Virus record (IMG/VR): IMGVR_UViG_2609460125_000009
Strand: one strand, 5' to 3'
Source: a virus
Taxonomy: Duplodnaviria; Heunggongvirae; Uroviricota; Caudoviricetes
Length of the DNA: 64,000 bases
This document shows positions 58,668 through 64,000 of the stretch, piece after piece; position 1 is the stretch's first letter; every line of letters starts with the position of its first letter. The notes below the pieces were generated by a model. It was not told the DNA's origin. It did no database searches and saw only the letters and a list, made by a program, of their open reading frames with translations. Made by a program: the position numbers and the translations under genes.

Positions 58668-59081
58668 ATGGCAATAGGTATGTATGTCTTATGCGAAATT
58701 GAAGGTGTGCTGGCAAATACCAGCCATCGTAAATCTGTATCTGACGCGGATGCAGGCCAGCTCATTGCCGGTGATGAACTCATTTTCCCCACCAGCCGTA
58801 TGTTGCGTGGTTTTGCTCGCTCAGGGGCTGAAGTGGTGCTTATCAGTAGCCGCTCTGAAACTCTTGAAGCGCCCACTAAACGATGGTTGAAAGATTTTGG
58901 TGTTGATTACGACTGGCTTCATCTCGTACCGAATGGCGTCAGTTATGAGAAGCATATTAAGCGCACATTAGCGGAGCATAAAGGCGATCTGCTTATCGCT
59001 GCGCTGGTGCACGATCCTCGACTCCGTGCCGCTTTAGCTGACTCTCATCATAGACCGGTCATCTATGAGGTGAGCAAATGA
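58668..59081 (+). CDS. hypothetical protein (possibly a HAD-like small hydrolase)
   Basis: ATG directly after the thyA stop; weak resemblance to HAD motifs; stop overlaps the DHFR start. Confidence 0.35.
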   Translation: MAIGMYVLCEIEGVLANTSHRKSVSDADAGQLIAGDELIFPTSRMLRGFARSGAEVVLISSRSETLEAPTKRWLKDFGVDYDWLHLVPNGVSYEKHIKRTLAEHKGDLLIAALVHDPRLRAALADSHHRPVIYEVSK

Positions 59082-59554
59082 AGATGATAGCTGCTGTTGG
59101 CCGTAACTATGAGATCGGCATAGCGAACGAACTGCCCTGGCGTTGTTCTACCGATCTGAAGCTATTTAAGAGACTCACCAAAAACGCCACTGTCGTTATG
59201 GGGCGTAAAACGATGGAAAGTCTCAAACGCCCTCTTCCAGAGCGTCATAACCTCGTTTTGACGCGCTCTCATGGCTTTGTACCAAATGGATTCTACCCTG
59301 CTGGTGTGGATGATGTGTTGCGATTACCAGAGCCTGTGTGGGTGATTGGCGGGGAACAAATTTACTCGCTATTCATGCCGCATGTTGAAGAGATTTGGCT
59401 CTCCCACATCGGCGTTGATGTGCCAAACGCCGATGCATTCTTCCCGGCAAGCATGATGCGTAATTTAGGCTTTGTGCCTGTTGAAACAGTTTTTACCCAA
59501 CGAGCCAGCGAGGAAGAGCTTGGCTTTTCGCAGATCGTATACAGAAGGTCGTAA
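59078..59554 (+). CDS. folA: dihydrofolate reductase
   Basis: Motifs IAAVGRNYEIGIANELPW, VVMGRKTMESL and VIGGEQIY. Confidence 0.85.
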   Translation: MKMIAAVGRNYEIGIANELPWRCSTDLKLFKRLTKNATVVMGRKTMESLKRPLPERHNLVLTRSHGFVPNGFYPAGVDDVLRLPEPVWVIGGEQIYSLFMPHVEEIWLSHIGVDVPNADAFFPASMMRNLGFVPVETVFTQRASEEELGFSQIVYRRS

Positions 59555-60198
59555 TGGATTACCGGATTGGGATCACTGGTGCTCAGGGCAGTGGGAAAAC
59601 AACCCTGGCAAAATATATCGACAAACATTACGGAATCCCTTACGTGGATGCTGGTGTCGGAAGTTTGATGAGCCGACTCGGTGTTCGAGTAGGTGAGTCT
59701 ATGCCTCTATATGAGCGGCTTCAGATTCAAATGGAAATAGCAAAGCATATAGAGCTACTTACGCGTGGTGTTGAAGGCTTTGTTATCGATCGCACACCTG
59801 CTGATGTTATGGCCTACACGTTGGATTTGGTCGGCCATACCAATGAAGATCGATGTATTGAGTTAGCCCTCGATATCGAAAAGTTTTGCCACAAAACTGC
59901 TATTTCAAACTTTAACGCCATTGCTGGCTTACGCCCGGGAGTCGCTCTCTCAGAGCGAGATTACTTGCGATCACAACGAGCATCATTAGACCGTCTGTAT
60001 GTCGCTCGTATTGATGCGTTGATGTGCGGGGAACTGACAAAAATTCACCTGCATCCGCAAAGGGGGGATCTGCAAACCTTCGTCGTTTCCAACCGATATC
60101 GCACGGTTGAAGCAAGAGCCAGATCAGTGATGAGAATGCTAGATAACGCTGTAGAAAAGATAGAAAACCGGTTCTGTGGCCGAGTGACCGTTCATTAG
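59554..60198 (+). CDS. P-loop nucleotide kinase (dNMP kinase-like)
   Basis: Walker A GAQGSGKTT at the N-terminus; 214 aa; embedded in the nucleotide-metabolism operon. Confidence 0.55.
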   Translation: MDYRIGITGAQGSGKTTLAKYIDKHYGIPYVDAGVGSLMSRLGVRVGESMPLYERLQIQMEIAKHIELLTRGVEGFVIDRTPADVMAYTLDLVGHTNEDRCIELALDIEKFCHKTAISNFNAIAGLRPGVALSERDYLRSQRASLDRLYVARIDALMCGELTKIHLHPQRGDLQTFVVSNRYRTVEARARSVMRMLDNAVEKIENRFCGRVTVH

Positions 60199-60259
60199 AA
60201 ATTGTTCGCCTCTTCGACATTGCGACAATAAAACTCTCAAAATGGGTTAAGGATAAAAA

Positions 60260-60679
60260 ATGTTTAGTGAAATGTTGCTTGAAGATGAACTGGATCGGAA
60301 AACAACAGAGGCTTTGATTCGTGTAGCGGACGAACATTCCCGGTCTCTTATGAGCGATCGAGAGGCTCGTCTGGCTATTCGTGCCATATTCGAAACTGCG
60401 CAGGGGCTTGTTGGCGCACAAGTAGGTGAAGCCATTAACATCGCCATGTCTCAGTTCAGTGAAGGCAGTAAAAAGCCTCTGTTTCCTATGCATTTGATGC
60501 TGGCTGGTGGCACGGTGCTTTACGTCTCTGTTTGTCTGGATAGCAACCAAATCAACATTCTCAACACGGCGTCAGGTAAGTGGAAAGATCCGGTTGTCTG
60601 TGAAACCAGTGAAGAAACTTTGAAAAAAGCGGCTCAATTTGTACGTAGCGCACTACTTAAGGGCGCTAAGAAGTTGTAA
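60260..60679 (+). CDS. hypothetical protein
   Basis: 139-aa ORF with RBS AAGGA. Confidence 0.45.
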   Translation: MFSEMLLEDELDRKTTEALIRVADEHSRSLMSDREARLAIRAIFETAQGLVGAQVGEAINIAMSQFSEGSKKPLFPMHLMLAGGTVLYVSVCLDSNQINILNTASGKWKDPVVCETSEETLKKAAQFVRSALLKGAKKL

Positions 60680-60688
60680 GGAGTAGTA

Positions 60689-61483
60689 ATGGGACAACCG
60701 GTAGACATAACAGGTAAACGTTTTGGAAAGTTGGTTGCACTTAAATATTCCGGTATTTCAAACAAACAAGGGCGACTTTGGGATTGCATCTGCGATTGCG
60801 GCAACACCTGCCTGGTTAGTTACGGGAAGCTAAATCACGGGGCGACAATATCGTGTGGCTGTGTCTACAACGCACATCGCCGTAGCGTAAAGCCTCATGG
60901 TATGAGTAAAACGCCAATTTATCGTATATGGCTGGGTATGCGGGAACGATGTGAAAAACCAATCCATCACGCCTATAAGTGGTATGGCGGCCGAGGTATC
61001 AAAGTCTGCGAGCGGTGGCAAATATTTGAAAACTTTTATGCTGACATGGGAGAGCGACCAGAGGGGATGTCTCTTGATCGCAAAGATGTGAATGGTGACT
61101 ACGAACCTGAAAATTGCAGATGGGCGACTTTTGAAGAACAGGCCAATAACACGCGTTCAAACTTAATTTTGGAGCATAAGGGGGAAAAGCTGACTCTCTC
61201 ACAATGGGCTAAAAGAGCCGGGATTCAGACATCAACTCTTCACTATCGAATCAAGAAAGGGTGGCCATTAGATCGCGCGCTTAACGCCAGCGTCGACACG
61301 TATGCCAACCGAGATAGTAAGCGTCTGATCGAGTGTCGCGGCAGAACTCAGCGAATTACCGAATGGGCTAGAGAGGTTGGCTTGACTGCGACCATTATCT
61401 CGCAGCGAATTTTGAGGGGGTGGGATGTTGAAGCTGCCATCTTCACACCGTCCAAACGACCAGTAAAAGGAGATAAAAAGTGA
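60689..61483 (+). CDS. putative HNH-family endonuclease-like DNA-binding protein
   Basis: RBS AGGAG; Cys cluster CICDCGN...CGC and the segment YRIWLGMRERC...YGGRGIKVCERW...LDRKDVNGDYEPENCRWAT typical of phage free-standing HNH-type endonucleases. Confidence 0.45.
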   Translation: MGQPVDITGKRFGKLVALKYSGISNKQGRLWDCICDCGNTCLVSYGKLNHGATISCGCVYNAHRRSVKPHGMSKTPIYRIWLGMRERCEKPIHHAYKWYGGRGIKVCERWQIFENFYADMGERPEGMSLDRKDVNGDYEPENCRWATFEEQANNTRSNLILEHKGEKLTLSQWAKRAGIQTSTLHYRIKKGWPLDRALNASVDTYANRDSKRLIECRGRTQRITEWAREVGLTATIISQRILRGWDVEAAIFTPSKRPVKGDKK

Positions 61484-62028
61484 TTGCTACAGGGGTGGAC
61501 ATCGAATCAACAGGTCTTGATTTCCTCTCAGGCCATAAAATCATTGAAATCGCAATGGTGAAGTACGAAATTGAGACACAGACAATGGTTGATAGTTTTG
61601 TAATGCGGTTCAACCCGCGTCGCAGTATCGATCCGAAAGCGCAAGCGGTACACGGCATCAGTCTTGAAGATTTAGCCGCCGAGCCGTTACTAGCCGATCA
61701 CGCTTCATCTGTCGCTTCGTATCTCTCTTCTTCCGATATTTGGATAGCCCACAACGGCGAAGCGTTCGATATTCCGTTTATTAGGCATGAGCTGAAAAGT
61801 TACGGTTTTTCGCTTCCAGACATCCCATTGATTGACACTCTATTTTCCCTGTGGGCCACAGAAGACGGTAAACGTCCTCGCCTTGAAGAATTGGCCTTCT
61901 CTCTTGGCTTTATATACGATCATGCCAAAGCACATAGTGCCTTATATGACACAAACTTAATGATGCAATGCTTCTTTAAGGCACGTAATAAATACGGATT
62001 TTTTAAATTACCCTCTGAAATTGTGTAA
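61480..62028 (+). CDS. DnaQ-like 3'-5' exonuclease (DEDDh proofreading subunit)
   Basis: GTG start after AAGGAG; Exo I DIESTGL, Exo II HNGEAFDIPF, Exo III HSALYDT. Confidence 0.85.
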   Translation: MIATGVDIESTGLDFLSGHKIIEIAMVKYEIETQTMVDSFVMRFNPRRSIDPKAQAVHGISLEDLAAEPLLADHASSVASYLSSSDIWIAHNGEAFDIPFIRHELKSYGFSLPDIPLIDTLFSLWATEDGKRPRLEELAFSLGFIYDHAKAHSALYDTNLMMQCFFKARNKYGFFKLPSEIV

Positions 62029-62033
62029 AACAA

Positions 62034-62072
62034 AAGCCTGCTTTAAAGAGAGTTTGAAGCAGGCTTTCTTTT
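62034..62072 (+). terminator. rho-independent terminator
   Basis: AAGCCTGCTT-loop-AAGCAGGCTT followed by TCTTTT after the exonuclease stop. Confidence 0.65.
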
Positions 62073-62188
62073 AAAGAACAGTCGCCTTTCAATCATTTCC
62101 TGCCTGTATTTAATACTTTTCCGCCTGATAGGTTTAGTCAAAATGTAGCCATCGAAACGCAAATGTAACCAAGCAGAAGGAGACTTAC

Positions 62189-62998
62189 ATGAGTTCGGTT
62201 GAAAATGTAATGACAAATGATGATCTGGACGAGCTGACAGCCATGTTGCAATCACTTGATGAACCAGTAAAAAAAGCCGCACAGGTTGAAAATACTGATG
62301 ATATTGACGATCTGCTGCTCGGCCTCGATGCTGGCGTAGCCATGAGTTCTGATGATGTTGCCGAAGAACTGTTCAATGAAGAAAAAGCAGGTGATTTCAG
62401 CTCTGCTTTAAATGAGTTGGAGTTAGCGCATGAGCCTATAAACGTAATTAACGCTGAAAGTGTTGAAGCTGCCGAAAACGAGCCAGAACAATTGGGATTT
62501 ATTGAGGTTGAAGAGTATGTTGAGGTTAATGACGAATTAAAAGTTCAACAGTCAAATGATAGCAACACAAATAAAAAAGCGCGTACTGCAAGAGGTCCTC
62601 GTTTTACTTTAAGTGATAAAGATGATTCGTTTTTCAATAAAGCAGGCTTAGAAACAGATATTTTCTTAGACGCTTACGAAAACGCGCCTGTCAAAGCAAA
62701 GGATAAGATATTAAACCTTCTTAATTGGTTTAGCGGAGGTCCAGATATTAGTGTTTACACGGTAATTTCCATGAGACACCTTCTCACAGAAAAGAAGGCT
62801 ACAAGTAATAGTATTAAGATTGCTTTAATGAGCAATCCAGAAAAACCGTATCCGCTTAACACTGCGTCAACTCAGGCTGGGCAAATGATGGCTGTATTTC
62901 CAGCGACAGGAATTGCCGTTAGAGACGGTGGAAATCTAACATTGAACGAAGAATCACCGATCGTTAAGAAGTTTGTAGCGGAGTACACTATTGGATGA
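62189..62998 (+). CDS. hypothetical highly acidic protein
   Basis: RBS AGGAG; N-terminal 120 aa very rich in Asp/Glu. Confidence 0.5.
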   Translation: MSSVENVMTNDDLDELTAMLQSLDEPVKKAAQVENTDDIDDLLLGLDAGVAMSSDDVAEELFNEEKAGDFSSALNELELAHEPINVINAESVEAAENEPEQLGFIEVEEYVEVNDELKVQQSNDSNTNKKARTARGPRFTLSDKDDSFFNKAGLETDIFLDAYENAPVKAKDKILNLLNWFSGGPDISVYTVISMRHLLTEKKATSNSIKIALMSNPEKPYPLNTASTQAGQMMAVFPATGIAVRDGGNLTLNEESPIVKKFVAEYTIG

Positions 62999-63073
62999 CG
63001 TCCCCCTACTGAAAATAAAGCCCATAGAGAGCTTTATAGTGCTGGGTAAGCCAATCACATACCCAGCACCACA

Positions 63074-63122
63074 AAAACGCGCCAGAGAGCTTCTCGTTTG
63101 CATTTCTGGCGCGTTTTATTTG
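63074..63122 (+). terminator. rho-independent terminator
   Basis: AACGCGCCAGA-loop-TCTGGCGCGTT followed by TTATTT. Confidence 0.7.
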
Positions 63123-63181
63123 ATTGCCAGACATAAAATCAAATGCAAAAATAGGTAATCACTTACCTATCGAGAAAGAAG

Positions 63182-63775
63182 ATGATTGCAGCCGAAAAAA
63201 TCAAACAGCGAAAGCGCGACAACTCTCTTCGTGACCTCTGGAGAACACCTGACTGGCTGTTTTCTGCCATTCAACGTTATCTTGGAGTGACATTTGATGT
63301 TGACGTTGCCTGCAACAAGGACAATGCAAAGCTGCCTAATTTCATAGGCGTTGAGCGTGATGCTTTGAAATCTGAATGGGGACAGCCAGGTACAATTGCC
63401 TTCCTCAATCCACCCTACTCCAAAATCTCCCCCTGGATTGATGCGGCTATACGTGAGCAGGCTCGCGGAGTTACAACAGTGATGCTAATTCCTCAATCCC
63501 TCGATACAAAGTGGTATGAGCGTGCAACAGAGTGTGCGAATGAGACGATTATTCTGTCTGGTGGCCGCGTAGCGTTTGTCGAGCCTGACGTCAATTTGGG
63601 TCAGGTAGAAGTAAACATCAACCCCGGTGGCAGTATGCTCGTTGTTTTTCGAGGATTTTGTCAGGACGCTGGGCACTCTATAAGCAAGATCCCTTTGGAC
63701 GTCATGAAAAGTCTGGGAGGGTATGATCCTGCGAATGTGATCAGGAAAAAAAGACCATCAAAGAAGGCTGCTTAG
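63182..63775 (+). CDS. DNA N6-adenine methyltransferase (phage Dam-like family)
   Basis: Catalytic motif FLNPPYS (NPPY); 197 aa, consistent with small phage Dam-type methyltransferases. Confidence 0.8.
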   Translation: MIAAEKIKQRKRDNSLRDLWRTPDWLFSAIQRYLGVTFDVDVACNKDNAKLPNFIGVERDALKSEWGQPGTIAFLNPPYSKISPWIDAAIREQARGVTTVMLIPQSLDTKWYERATECANETIILSGGRVAFVEPDVNLGQVEVNINPGGSMLVVFRGFCQDAGHSISKIPLDVMKSLGGYDPANVIRKKRPSKKAA

Positions 63776-63796
63776 TTTGTTCTGGAGTCTGTAATT

Positions 63797-63855
63797 AGCC
63801 TGCTTCTGTATATATAAATAACTACATATTAATTATTAATATACGGAAGCAGGCT
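63797..63855. repeat. large palindromic element, copy 2 (same arms as 16433-16489)
   Basis: AGCCTGCTTCTGTATATAT-loop-ATACGGAAGCAGGCT followed by GTTTT; arms identical to copy 1, loop different. Confidence 0.6.
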
Positions 63856-63961
63856 GTTTTATATCAGAGACTCCCAGACCTGAACACCACTACAGAATCC
63901 ACTAGAACCCCTTCCCAGACGCTTTAAAATCGATTTTATGAACCACTTTAAGGAAACCAAC

Positions 63962-64000
63962 ATGTCATACCCGACTAATGTCGTTGCGCTCGTAGAGAGC
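63962..64000 (+). CDS. start of a further ORF running out of the window
   Basis: ATG preceded by AAGGAAACCAAC; only 13 codons visible. Confidence 0.3.
   Translation, partial: MSYPTNVVALVES

Noticed and set aside
59912-60550. 212-aa minus-strand ORF
   Set aside because: It spans the kinase gene and the next + strand ORF, both of which have good RBS and coupling; its translation has no recognisable features.
1-64000. CRISPR arrays, reverse transcriptases, transposases or IS elements
   Set aside because: No arrays of short direct repeats with unique spacers, no RT or transposase motifs and no IS-like terminal inverted repeats flanking a transposase were seen in any frame.

Overview
The window reads as about 64 kb of a tailed-phage genome that also carries plasmid-type maintenance functions, i.e. 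a phage-plasmid. By gene content it resembles the SSU5/pHCM2 group of enterobacterial siphoviruses; that assignment is inference from memory, not a database search. Almost all genes are on the + strand in tight, often overlapping operons. From left to right: lambda-like tail-tip genes (L, K, I, J) and a long side tail fibre with a C-terminal S74-type chaperone domain; a small lipoprotein and a lysis cassette (membrane protein, endolysin-like protein, overlapping Rz/Rz1-like spanins); a minus-strand GNAT/DUF1778 toxin-antitoxin pair; a ParA/ParG-like partition pair; a GIY-YIG protein; replication genes (DnaB-like helicase, primase, ATP-dependent ligase); four tRNA genes embedded among long hairpins; a tyrosine recombinase with an adjacent lox-like inverted repeat and a divergent XRE-type repressor; a CobT-like vWA / CobS-like AAA+ pair; a DnaE-type polymerase; CspA; SSB; a 5'-3' exonuclease; a RecA-family recombinase interrupted by a LAGLIDADG intein in its P-loop; an SPFH lipoprotein; a RepA-like initiator flanked by iterons, DnaA boxes, an AT-rich block and GATC clusters; SbcCD; a RuvC-like resolvase; host-like NrdAB, glutaredoxin, thymidylate synthase, DHFR; a DnaQ-like exonuclease; and a Dam-family methyltransferase. 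The most striking unexplained signals are a palindromic motif (GATAAGTA..TACTTATC) dispersed upstream of many genes and also at the repressor gene's own 5' end, a shared leader ending AAAGGAAAAACACATG, two copies of a large conserved palindrome, and the hairpin family in the tRNA cluster. All functional calls are from motifs I could read in the translations; none was checked by search.
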